Positions 10,201 to 20,000 of a stretch of DNA of 64,000 nucleotides are shown here, in pieces. The translations under genes and the position numbers were made by a program. Numbering within the stretch: the first letter of the stretch is position 1; each line of letters starts with the position of its first letter. The notes beneath the pieces are model-generated. The model did not search any database. It was not told where the DNA came from and saw only the letters and a list, made by a program, of their open reading frames with translations. The DNA comes from Mantamonas sphyraenae STR306 (Eukaryota; Protista; CRuMs), in contig JAPMXV010000015.1 of assembly GCA_026936335.1 (NCBI GenBank), positions 248,001-312,000 of the forward strand. Direction: 5' to 3'.

Positions 10201-13200
10201 TTGATGTTCACAGATGCAAATGCCTTGAGGCTTTCGCGCTCGTCTTGTTCCTGGTCAACAAACCCGGAAAGACTGTTGGTGTGTTCCACGGCTTTGGTTT
10301 CCGCGGCCTGGGCACTCGCGATGTGATGCTTCATCATCGGCTGGTGGATTCTCAGCGCATTTTCCAGGTGAGCCCTTCCTTTCTTGGCGTTGTCTTTGAT
10401 GATCTTCTCATTCGCGCGGGCAAGGTTAAACTGTTCTTGATACTTTGACTTGTACAAATCCACCTTTGCCTTTTGGGCAGCCACACTGGCAGACGCAGTG
10501 GCAAGTCGCTGTTTGGTGTCCGCGAAAGCTTTTTCGTAATCGGACTTGGGCATGAGCTGCAGATCAATGATGCGCAGTTGCGTGGCGAGAGTGAGAGCCT
10601 GTTGCCGCAATTGATTCCGATGGATGAAAAGGAACATGGCCAACATCTTGTCTTCGCCTCGAGTCTTGGCAAAGGAAGCACGGAGGCCAGCAACAAAAGC
10701 ATTCCTTCGGGCAGCAAAAAGCTGCTTGCGGACCTTGAAGCGTCGATATTTCAACGCCCATGACCCGACTGCTCGAAGCACACGCTGGTCACTTCTGTCC
10801 ATCCATGATTTGTACTTGTACGAGTCATACTTTGGTTCCTTGCCTTGTCGTCCAGAGGCTTCGTAGTGAATTTCACGATTGGCAACCCCACCGCCAAACT
10901 GCTTCACATCAAAGTCGCATCCGGTGTCCTTTTCAATGCGAGTCCATCGGATGCCCACATTCTTCACCATACTGTCGACGGAGAAGAGACGGTTGCTGTC
11001 CAGGACCTGTTGCGTCCTCTCCGCCTGGGCGTCCAGGACCATCTCGTCGTCCAAGTCTTCCACTGAATCGTCCGTGGGCAACAACATCATGTCTTCCACC
11101 AATTGCGCATCGTCGTTGGCAGCATGCAGCATGTCGTGCATGGCCATGGCGCCCATCGTCTGCGGGGACGCCCAGCCCAGCACATCGTTGCTGTCGCGAA
11201 GCACAGGCATCATGGCAAGCAAGTCTGTTGGGATCATTTCCACCAAGCTGGGATCGGTGTGTCTGTTGACGTTGTTGTCGAGCAGGTCGGTTTCTTGCGC
11301 CGCCCGAGTGGTGACCTTGGCACGCTGGGTGGTGGCTTCGTTTTTGAGTCGCTGAAGCTGCTCACTGGTGGGCATGGGAAACTCCACTTCGTACAGTTTG
11401 TGTTTGTACTCAAGCAATTGCACGGATTCGTCGAGCACCGGTGTCCCGAGCACCTCGATTTCAACGCCAAACTTGGGGCGAAACCCTGCACTGATGGTGA
11501 GGGTGTTGCTCGCGGCCACTCCCTGGTTTTGTTCTTTCTCGTGCTCCTCGGGCTCGTTCAGCTTGATCACGTTGTTGTCGACGGACATACACGACGCAAC
11601 GCCTTGCGGCTGGAACTCGGCGACCACAAAGAACTCCATGGCAAAGTGTGGGCCGCTCACATCGTACAAACGAAACTTGAGCACAGGGCGCACGATGAAC
11701 TCCAGTTCGATGCCACCACAGGGTCGGAAGCCGTGTGGTGGCTTCAACGCGGGTGTGAGCTTCAGCGTCTGCACGGGCTTCAGCTGCACCTTTGTGCCCT
11801 TGAATGTGCCCTCAGCACCGATCGCAATGTTGCCGTTGATGGTTGCACCGAGTTTAAACTGGACGCCCGCTTTCATGGTGAAAGAGACGCCGACGTCGAG
11901 GTCGCCACGTGTGAACACCACCACGGTGACCGGACCGATCTGCACCTGGAACGTGTTGAACAGTTTGGTCAACACGGTCTTTTCGCGAGTCCAGTTCAGC
12001 GTACCCGTGACCTGGGCAAAGGCATCGACGTTGCCGTCGAGCTTGGCACCGACAGTGAACTTGCATCGCTTCAACTTGAACTTCTCCAGGCGGAGAGTCA
12101 GCGTGAAGGTCGGGGAGATCTCTGCCTTGCCTTCGAGGACTCGGATGATGAACTCCACAGACACGGTCACCTTGCCCTTGCCCTTGGTTTCGTCTCCCTT
12201 GTCCTTTTCTGCAATGGTGCCGGAGAAATCTTGTTCTTTGACCTCATACCCGACGCCGGGCAACGTTTCGTCCACGTTGAGCTCCGCCGTGCCTCCGTTC
12301 AGCATGTCAAGAGCAAACTTGGCCATTTGACCAGCAACCCGAACTGCAGTTGCGACGACCTCGCCTACCTGTTTCGCCACCTTGGCTACCACCTTGGCTG
12401 TTGCCTTGACCGCAGCCACGGCCGTTTTGGCCATTTCCTTGGCCTTGTTGATGTACTCGGAGGCCATGTTTTTGACCTTGTTGAGCACATTTTGTGTCAA
12501 ACGCACGGCTTGACTGACCAGATTGGTCATACTCTGCGCCAGACTGTTGATTGCGTTGCCAACCTTGTCGACCAAATGCTGGAATGAGTTCTTGACCGCG
12601 TTCCAGGCATTCTTCAACTGGTCGGAAAGCTCGTTGAAGCCCTGAGAGACGGTGCGAACGACACTGCTGATACCCTTCTTGGCTCTTCTCCATGTACGTC
12701 GGAACCACCCACGATCTTGATCGTGGACGTCGACCAGTGCTTCGTTGTCTTGGGGGTCCTCGGGTTCGTCTTCCAAATCTTCGTCCAAATCTTCGTCAAA
12801 ATCGTCGTCATCGCGCACATCGCTTTCTTGCTCTGAAGTCGGAAACTCATCTTCCAGCTCGTCATCCTTGCCGTCTTCGTCCGAGGATGATTGAAAAGCC
12901 GAGACGATGTCGAAATCGCTGGCGTCCACGTCGACTCCTTGGATGCGTGCCTCGGCGACACCTTGGGCCATCAAGCGCGCAGCGTCCAGCACGTACTCGC
13001 GGTGCTTGTTGAAGAACTGGCGAGCAGTTCCCGTCAGCTTGGCGCCGTACTCATCAGCCAGCGCACGCAGCTTGTGGCTGCTGGGGTCGACGTTTGCGAT
13101 CTGCTGCGCTGCCTCCGACACTCGTTTCAGGGCTTCGTGTGCAGATTGATCGTGCGCGTTTGCAGTTGCCACGTAGGTGTGGTCGTGCACCATGTCACGA

Positions 13201-14261
13201 AGCAGCTGCTGCTGCTCGTAGTTGCGTGCTGCCTTGCTGCGATCGCGCACAATGCCAGTCTGCACGTCCTTGATCAGATCAGACACGTCCGTGATCTCTA
13301 CGTGAGTGGTGGCTTCTTCCAGTGCGTCTTCCAGGTCGGCGTTGGCCACTCGCAGATGGTACGGCATGTCCTGTTTGTTGCAAGTCAGCTGCATACCCTT
13401 CTGCCATGGTTGAGCGCCATGGGGATGTTGCACGGCGGTGATCTTGTAGATGCCCGTGGCAATGGAAAACACAGAGCCAACCTCGATGTGTTGGCTGTGC
13501 GCCTGCATGAATTCACACGTGGCGCTGAAAACGCCGTCGCGCGCGTCGCCACCTTCCGGCAGCAGACCCTGTCGCACGAGATCCTCCATGGAACCAGCGT
13601 GCTTCATGAACGTGTACTCGTCCATGTCTTCCACCAAGCCGTTGGCCTGGTGGAATGGCATGTCTCCATCGACGTCGCTGACGTCTTCGTTTGGCGCCAC
13701 GTCAAACTCGTACTCGCCCGATGGGTTGGCATGTGCACGCTGCATGTGCTCCCCCATATGCTTCCCAATCATACTCAGAGTGCCTGAGGGAGAGAGAGCA
13801 TTCACGGGTTTCGCCACACGAGCCAGATGCTCGTGCAAGGGCGAAACGATCTGGAAGAACGCCGCATGTGGGACAACCTTTCCACGCACAAAGGTGCGCA
13901 CAAGCGATGTGCCCTGCAGCGACGCATGCACGGGGTGCTCTCTGAACACCCGATGCGTTGCGTCGGACACTGAGCCGTCGTCGAAGCCGGTGTTCTTCCG
14001 ATAGAGTTCCAGCGAAAAAAAGTCCTCTTCCGAAATTTTCTCGGGGTCCAGTACCACAGCTGGACCTGCGTTGGTCAGGGTGCCCTTCTGAAAGCGTGCA
14101 CGGAGATCCTTCTGAGATGATGGGGTGTCTAGTTGGGTGTCAGGAGCGTTGCGATTCGAGCGATGGACGCCAGGAGGGCCAATTGTCGGGAGAAATGTCC
14201 AGACGCGAATTTTGGATGGGAAAGTGCTGAATTGGTCACTCACATGGAACACCTGGTCCAC
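7236..14261 (-). CDS. Very large (~2340 aa) multidomain protein: acidic/amphipathic helical region, long beta-rich domain, coiled coil, Cys-rich repeats, 4x ~132-aa C-terminal repeat; 5' end uncertain
   Basis: Uninterrupted 7-kb ORF. Cys-rich repeats resemble NWxxSxDRxGxSxC...GLxRS...CC; tandem repeats lie at 7270-8870. The track start is GTG, so the true start is unresolved. Confidence 0.75.
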   Translation of the reverse strand: MDQVFHVSDQFSTFPSKIRVWTFLPTIGPPGVHRSNRNAPDTQLDTPSSQKDLRARFQKGTLTNAGPAVVLDPEKISEEDFFSLELYRKNTGFDDGSVSDATHRVFREHPVHASLQGTSLVRTFVRGKVVPHAAFFQIVSPLHEHLARVAKPVNALSPSGTLSMIGKHMGEHMQRAHANPSGEYEFDVAPNEDVSDVDGDMPFHQANGLVEDMDEYTFMKHAGSMEDLVRQGLLPEGGDARDGVFSATCEFMQAHSQHIEVGSVFSIATGIYKITAVQHPHGAQPWQKGMQLTCNKQDMPYHLRVANADLEDALEEATTHVEITDVSDLIKDVQTGIVRDRSKAARNYEQQQLLRDMVHDHTYVATANAHDQSAHEALKRVSEAAQQIANVDPSSHKLRALADEYGAKLTGTARQFFNKHREYVLDAARLMAQGVAEARIQGVDVDASDFDIVSAFQSSSDEDGKDDELEDEFPTSEQESDVRDDDDFDEDLDEDLEDEPEDPQDNEALVDVHDQDRGWFRRTWRRAKKGISSVVRTVSQGFNELSDQLKNAWNAVKNSFQHLVDKVGNAINSLAQSMTNLVSQAVRLTQNVLNKVKNMASEYINKAKEMAKTAVAAVKATAKVVAKVAKQVGEVVATAVRVAGQMAKFALDMLNGGTAELNVDETLPGVGYEVKEQDFSGTIAEKDKGDETKGKGKVTVSVEFIIRVLEGKAEISPTFTLTLRLEKFKLKRCKFTVGAKLDGNVDAFAQVTGTLNWTREKTVLTKLFNTFQVQIGPVTVVVFTRGDLDVGVSFTMKAGVQFKLGATINGNIAIGAEGTFKGTKVQLKPVQTLKLTPALKPPHGFRPCGGIELEFIVRPVLKFRLYDVSGPHFAMEFFVVAEFQPQGVASCMSVDNNVIKLNEPEEHEKEQNQGVAASNTLTISAGFRPKFGVEIEVLGTPVLDESVQLLEYKHKLYEVEFPMPTSEQLQRLKNEATTQRAKVTTRAAQETDLLDNNVNRHTDPSLVEMIPTDLLAMMPVLRDSNDVLGWASPQTMGAMAMHDMLHAANDDAQLVEDMMLLPTDDSVEDLDDEMVLDAQAERTQQVLDSNRLFSVDSMVKNVGIRWTRIEKDTGCDFDVKQFGGGVANREIHYEASGRQGKEPKYDSYKYKSWMDRSDQRVLRAVGSWALKYRRFKVRKQLFAARRNAFVAGLRASFAKTRGEDKMLAMFLFIHRNQLRQQALTLATQLRIIDLQLMPKSDYEKAFADTKQRLATASASVAAQKAKVDLYKSKYQEQFNLARANEKIIKDNAKKGRAHLENALRIHQPMMKHHIASAQAAETKAVEHTNSLSGFVDQEQDERESLKAFASVNIKRASDKGSRDAKAKLKAMFSTPKMLELRKDARKAQRIRGVAIADLMRLKTLHISEARRTRMRDMIRTMLVDTRKALDKYWNEVNHMLHIARQQGVHKVDGVLVVPSPTAREKQNRDAWARGAFKCYNSNWAASFDRGGLSRCKARSIVSGLTRSACNTLECLEGASCCSVHSKRNEYSLTGSFATKGFYGCSLPGYGIAGFKRVGWCSTLRCMTGLRCVDGLNENKCKNIEVSFTRKGTFSCPAGYGLKAIRRGSNGKNDGLSAVDQFKCCELQDRAPSEAQSTAPVTCKRGNWALSMDRAGVSECPRGYAVHSLFRSSTGKLQGLEWADCCTRNKLNVQTVEADWTKTLSKQGWSSCPAGYSISGFVRGNSNALVGIRKVKCTLGVYKDECKVLSRHMQSQGLYACPSGFGLNAIYRKVASGTMNDITKFKCCKYSAEKMSDPKRQGKMEKARATVRQIHGTVFNQLKRISKHTPSRNHHCHVNGKTEVQRLACLLTGYVGRKEVTSAVVYNSQTAGLFKKAMLAYYDYYKAIGKENVVGGKNHACFGKYHHQWNKRLACLAGSPTQTAEERREEERRKKMEKALATVRQIHDTVFNQLMQISKHTPSRNHHCHVNGKTEVQRLACLLTGYVGRKEVTSAVVYNSQTAGLFKKAMLAYYDYYKAIGKENVVGGKNHACFGKYRHQWNKRLACLAGSPTQTAEERREEERRKKMEKALATVRQTHGTVFNQLKRISKHTPSRNHHCHVNGKTEVQRLACLLTGYVGRKRVTSAVVYNSRTAKMFKHVMHVYYDYYKAIGKENVVGSKNHACFGKYRHQWNKRLACLAGSPTQTAEERRREERAVATVRQTHGMVFNQLMQISKHTPSRNHHCHVNGKTEVQRLACLLTGYVGRKEVTSAVVYNSQTAGLFKKAMLAYYDYYKAIGKENVVGGKNHACFGKYRHQWNKRLACLAGSPTQTAEERRREEERRKEERNKLLKRVWRGRTRW
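7270..8870. repeat. Coding tandem repeat, 4 units of 378-396 bp
   Basis: The unit ...QRLACLLTGYVGRKEVTSAVVYNSQTAGLFKKAMLAYYDYYKAIGKENVVGGKNHACFGKY... recurs with periods 378, 396 and 396 bp. Confidence 0.95.
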
Positions 14262-14689
14262 CAGCGGAGGTTGAAGTCACTGCACTGACGCCCGGGATAA
14301 GGGATGGCCATACTGTCCGGATGTCAGCATTTGAAGTTTGAAATGGCCCATTGTCTGCGTGGCGACTTTTCCCTCTCGGTGAAAAAGGCCGTCCCGCGCA
14401 TTTTCTCGTGTCTCGCGTGCATGACAACCCAGAGTCTACTCACAAATGAACAAAGTCATACACACGATATAGAACCGTGAATGGGGGGGATTCATCACTG
14501 CTGTTGCAAACTGGCTACACTTGGTTGATGAACCCGTTTCGATGGGGCTGGCAGCGCATCGCGATTGCATGCTGCTCGGACGCGGCTATTCGCGGTTTCA
14601 TTGTCAATGGATTGGTGCTCACTGACGCCGGATCGTGCGCCACGTGTGACACGGGACGGGGTGTCATCAGGTGAGCCAGTTTGCATTGG

Positions 14690-14990
14690 GAGAACGGTGT
14701 GGACGGGTGGCACAGCAGCGCGTGGTGTTGACGATGGGCTCTCCGCGCAACAGCGACAGGCTTCTGCACTGGGGTGGGCCAGGAGATGCACCAGAGGGGT
14801 GGCAAGGAGGAAATGTGAGGAATTGAAGGGGGGGGGGGGTGGAGGAAGCAATGGAATTGGGTGATGGGTCTGAGGAGGTGCAGGATAGAGGTGGCACTGG
14901 GTGAACAAATCGACAGGGGAATGGTGGACACTGCCGGACGAGGTGATGGACAGGGTGATGCGATGGCTGGTGATGAGTGAGTGATGAGTG
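14690..14990 (+). pseudogene. Degenerate 3' remnant of an LRR-Ank-F-box family gene
   Basis: Frameshifted matches to the family tail (aggatagaggtggcactgg; tggtggacactgccggacgaggtgatggacagggtgatgcgatggctg = WWTLPDEVMDRVMRWL). Confidence 0.6.
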
Positions 14991-16423
14991 ATGAGTGAGT
15001 GATGCCCTGGGGCAGACAATGGAATGTTCGGGTTTGCAACACGCACGAAAACAGGTCTGCTGCGGGCATTGGAAGATGGAGTGGATGATGTGCGTGCATT
15101 CCTTGAAAAGCAACATGGTGCCGTGAGAGTGTGTTGGACAAACGTCACCAAAGAGCAACTGCAGACCATCCAAGAAGCGAGCAAAGGGTTGGAGGTGGAC
15201 GAACTCGAGCTGTGGGGCAAAAACGTGGAACTTTGCACGTTGATTGATTTCCTCACGTGCTTTTTTGCCAATCACAACGATGTCAAGGTGTTGCAGTTGA
15301 CGGACATGCAGTGGGGAGGAGGGAAAGCGGAAGACGAGCAGGCCCTCTTTCAAATGCTCGCCGCAATCGGCGGCTCACTGCGTGTGCTCACTGTGAACTT
15401 CAAGACGATTGCTGGTCAACGGGTCACAGTGTGGGAGGGACTGTTTGACGCCGTGGCCGCTGCTTGCCCCGCTCTGGAAGAGCTGGAAGTCGACAAATTC
15501 ACCCTTGACGCGTCACTGGGTCGCATGCTGCAAGCATGCACACGGTTACGAGCGTTGACACTTGGGAAAACAACAGATGGCAAGGATGATGAGGTGTCAC
15601 ACGAGCTGGGGGAAATGATATCGGCGAGTTCCCTGCGTTCGCTCACGGCATCGTGCCCCGTGACAAACATGGCAGGCATCCTGGCCTGTCCAACCCTGCG
15701 CGAGTTGACCCTAACATCCTTGGTGGCATCTGAAGACGAAGTGGCGGTGTTGGCAGAGGCATTGGAGGGCGGGGGGTCGCAGTTGCGTGTACTGGATTTG
15801 TCCGGCGTGCACGCGACCGCCAAGCTAGTTCTGCAAGCAGGAGCAAAGTTGGACCACGATGGACGCTCAGCGATGATGATGCTGGATGTGTGCAACGCGT
15901 TGCGAGGTCACACACAGTTGGACACACTTGGACTGGGGCTGCCTGTGGACGCAGAAGAGAGCTCGGTGTTGGCAGAAGCGATCACAGGCATGAAGGAGCT
16001 GCGAGAGTGTCGGCTTCCAATGGGAAGCACATCAACTGAAGGGTTGGGCCCGCTGGCCAATGCAATGCGAGTGCACCCGACGCTGGAGCGGGTCAATTGC
16101 GGTTCCATGGTTGTGGCAAACATGTCCATCGAGGTCAGCGACGCACTGTTGGGGATGGTGAGCGAGAACACGCGGCTGCAGTTTGTACTGGGGCCGTGGG
16201 TGCGTTCGCATGCCAACGAGTTTTTGCGCACGTATTGTGAACGTCAGCGCTCTGTGCACAGCGAAAATTTCAAACAAACTCCACACCAGAAGCCATCACA
16301 AACAGTCACATGCCCACGTCGGGAAAGCGGAGATCAGCATGCTACGGGCAGACCTCGCCACTGTTATGATCTTGTCACGTGGACGTCAAAAGCTGCCTGC
16401 TGCGCGGAGTCGCATCAAACACA

Positions 16424-17029
16424 ATGTCATCATCCAGCAGCCAAGATGACGCCGTAGATGGCATTGTTGAATCCATCTTAGGGCAGCAGGACGTCCTTGC
16501 TGCCAGATCGGTTCGTGTGGACGACTTACCGCCCAGCGTGCTACAGGTTGTTGCTGCGTTCGATGGTGACGCACAAGCGGTTGTCGAGGTTACGATGGAC
16601 GCCACTACCCAAACAAACAAGGTGTGGCGCCCCAGCAAGGCAGTGCTGCTCAAACACATGCGCAAAATGGCTGGAGAGGAGACTGGCGACCTGCCGAGTA
16701 CCGAGCATACCGAGCAAGCGTCTCCGAGCCATTCATTGAACGCCCCTGCCCTGGCAAGCAGGATTTCCGAGGTTGTCGACCCCGGAGGAGACATGGTGGT
16801 GGTCTCCGTGGATGGTGGTGTCCTGTGTAAGGGTTCAGCGACTGGCTGGCGCCATAACACAACGGGCAAACTGACGCCGCTGCACTTTTTCCGCCCCTCC
16901 ATCCACAGACAAGAGTATTTGGCTGCACGCAAACCTGGAGGAGAAAACACAAGAGCAAGTGCGCACGCACATCAAGGCCAAGGCCGACAAAGTCGCATGC
17001 GAGTTGACCGCGTTGCAAACGGAACTTGA
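16424..17029 (+). CDS. Probable N-terminal part of the Fanzor ORF (frameshifted) or a separate small ORF
   Basis: The ATG at 16424 (MSSSSSQDDAVDG) opens an ORF overlapping the long ORF, whose frame is open from ~16875 without an early ATG. A single-base shift at 16875-16960 would fuse them. Confidence 0.5.
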   Translation: MSSSSSQDDAVDGIVESILGQQDVLAARSVRVDDLPPSVLQVVAAFDGDAQAVVEVTMDATTQTNKVWRPSKAVLLKHMRKMAGEETGDLPSTEHTEQASPSHSLNAPALASRISEVVDPGGDMVVVSVDGGVLCKGSATGWRHNTTGKLTPLHFFRPSIHRQEYLAARKPGGENTRASAHAHQGQGRQSRMRVDRVANGT

Positions 17030-20000
17030 AGCGCAAGGTGTCAATGGCGCCGTGATGCTGTTCTTGGATCACCACGCTGCCCCCGAAGACTTTGCAGGCA
17101 TGCAAACCCACTTCAAGGACAAGGTGCATGTTCAGGATCTGTTGAGGCATATGAGCCGCTCCGCATCAAGCAAGAAGCCGCCCAGCTATGAGGTACGTGG
17201 AATTTTGCCCATGTTCTCTCATTTCCCTCGCTCACACCCATCCTCCACCCAGGACATGCTGTGGCAATGCAGGTCGTACCTGACGTATGGCTACTTGCAC
17301 GAGTACCTTTCTCAGTCCATCCAGGAGCACGACTGGGAGGCAACGGAGCCGGCGACCACTGGAGTGTTTTTGTCGCCAGCACCCAAAGAGCTGGACTCTT
17401 TGGAAGCCGAGCAGGCTATGTCTGAATTCTTCTCCGCTCGTTATGGCCATTATCAACACGTATTTGTCCATACCGACTCTGATGTGGCTCGCTTGGCGCC
17501 AGACATCGCAAAGTCATTTTGGAGCGTGCATCCCACAGCACCGCAAAGGGCATACGAGGTGACCCAGTTGACCAGATACAAGCTCAACACCTTCGCTCTG
17601 CTCACCGGGAAGCGCGACGGTATTCCCTTGCGCAACCCTCTCCTGGCGAGGTACTCCAATCTCCTATCCAAGGCGTGCGGCGTTGCGGGCACACAGCTTA
17701 TCGTACCGACGGGCTTCGAGCCCCCGAGCACAGGCAACGATCTCTCTGTCGTTCACATCGACTCTCTCAAGCAGCTGATCGAACACGTGTCGAAGTCATT
17801 CACGGTGAGGGAGAGCAAGCTGCTTGCCGACTACAAAGGCTTGACTGCAGCATCGAAGCGACTGCTCGAGTATGATCTGTATGACAGTGCAGTGTACATG
17901 GACTCTCCTTGGGTGAGTGTGCTTTGCAAGCAACGGAAGAGCGAGCGACTCCAAAACCAAACACTCAAGCCCAACGCCGCCCATTTGAAGGGTGTGTATC
18001 AGCTGATGGTGGAACAAAGCAAGGGCGACAAGGGTGCCATGGTCCGGGCTTTTGTGTCCTTCTTCACGCAGAGCCTGCGGAAAGAGTCGACCGCTCATCT
18101 GATCGATTCCTGGGCAACGTTCTCCAACGCTAAGCGCCAACTGACCTACGTAATCGTCCGACAAGCCTTCTCTGTCGTTGTGGATGAGAGTGGGAATGTG
18201 TTGGATGTTGTGATCGTCGATGGCGAGGAGCCCAAGCGTTTTCACGGGGTCAGTGGGCTGGATACAAGGAACCACAGGAAGACTGGGAGGGCACGGAAGA
18301 CACTGATGGTGTTGAACAACGCGTATGATGTGCTTCTGGATCTGGAAGATGCACACATCGATGCCCAGGACGCAGGCGGTGGTGTCGAGTTTGTGGTGGG
18401 AGACACGCCTCAAGGCGACAACCGCTCTCCCACGCACACATGCACCGTGCTTGGGGACGCCCAAGGGGTCGCAGAGGAGGCCAGGCACCTGTTGGAGCGT
18501 CTCAAAGCTTCAGTAAGCCTGCAAGTGAGGATTACGATCAAGTCGACCCGGCTGACGCACGTTTGCGTGATGGAACTTGAGTGCGGCGACGACGTCGTTT
18601 CAAGCGCCTTTTGCGATAGCATGGCCAACTACTGGGACACAGTCGACGCTGACCTCATTGAACAGGCCCTGTTGCTCCGCGACAAGATGTACACAGCCAC
18701 GTTGGACAAGGCCACGCGCAAGCGGCTCAAAGCAAACGCACGTGGCCATGGCCTGCTACCTCTGTACCACTCGCTGTTGTACAGAAAGCAGCGTCGCATG
18801 AGCGCCAGCGAGAAGCGCGAGGAGGGTCTGCGAACCCTTGAAGCAGACACGCTTGCATTGTTTGCCCGCCGCCTTTCCAAAATCGGCTCCAAAGACGTGC
18901 TCGCTGCCTTTGCAGAGGTCGGTGCATTGGACACAAAGACGGCACCGGATCACCTGTGTGGTCTGGTGGACTCGGACGTCTCCATCATCCCTCTGAAGGC
19001 CGATGTCGCCAGCAGCAAGGGCGCTGAATGGTCGGAAGAGACGAAGGGCGTTGTTGCGGAGCTTTCGGCTGCGACACACGCGTTTGCGAGTGCAACACTG
19101 GTGATGTTGAACGCATTTGTGCGTCTTCTTCCTTATCTCCTGCAGGACGCCATTCGCTCTGTTCCAAAGAAGCGTTCATCACGAGCTGGAGTCGCAGGAT
19201 CTGGAGTGCAGGTCGATTCTCCGCTGTGGACTCTGCAATTGGGCAAGCTGACGAGAGGTGTTGCGAACGCGCTGGCACAGAGCCACGATGGCCAGGTGTT
19301 GGTGCTTGACGTGCAGGCCGCAGGACGTGCAGCAGGGTGGAGTTCAAACGAGAACTGGTCGTTCAAGAAGATTCCGTCTGCGATCCATTTTGTGGATGAC
19401 CCCGCCGCTGCTGGTTGTGTGTTGTTGGTGGAAGCCTTGGACGAGAACACCAAGCGCGGTTTGGCTGCAGTCGGCAAACACGGAGAGAGCTGTGTGCAGG
19501 GCATGAAGGTGCTTGTCGAGCATGCAGCGCGTGGATGCGCGCTTCAGGCCCTATTGCCAGGAGCAGTCACTTGCTTGGATGTGGAGGCAGCGAGCCAGGT
19601 GATTGCAGACCACCTCAACGACAACGACAAGAAAACCACAAAGCCAAGGTCGGCAGCTATGGTGCGCAAGCGTCTGAAGGATCTGCGTGTGACGCAGATT
19701 TTTGAGTCCGACGGCTCCCCAGTTGTTTCCTCCGCCTCCGCCTCATCGTCCTCATCCTCATCCTCATCCTCATCCTCATCCTCATCCTCATCCTCATCCT
19801 CATCCTCATCCTCATCCTCATCCTCATCCTCATCCTCATCCTCAGCCACAGGCACATCTGATGGAGCCGCGGCAGATTCCGACACCGAGGCAGATGCAGA
19901 CACCGAGGCTCCGACAGTGGCAGCCCTGCAGGCGTTGAAGACAATTCGCTTCACCGCCGACCATCTGTATGCGGATGGCGACGTGAAAGACCTTGTGCAT

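Noticed and set aside
16230-16233. Alternative 4-bp ACGT target duplication
   Set aside because: Excision with an ACGT TSD leaves the host gene out of frame; a TA TSD restores it.
18170-18330. VVVDESG and LMVLNNAY in the Fanzor N-terminal region resemble IS630/Tc1 DDE motifs
   Set aside because: Spacing is only ~40 aa, the second Asp is Asn, and no third-residue motif (PDLNPIE-like) is seen. Not called a transposase without a structural search.
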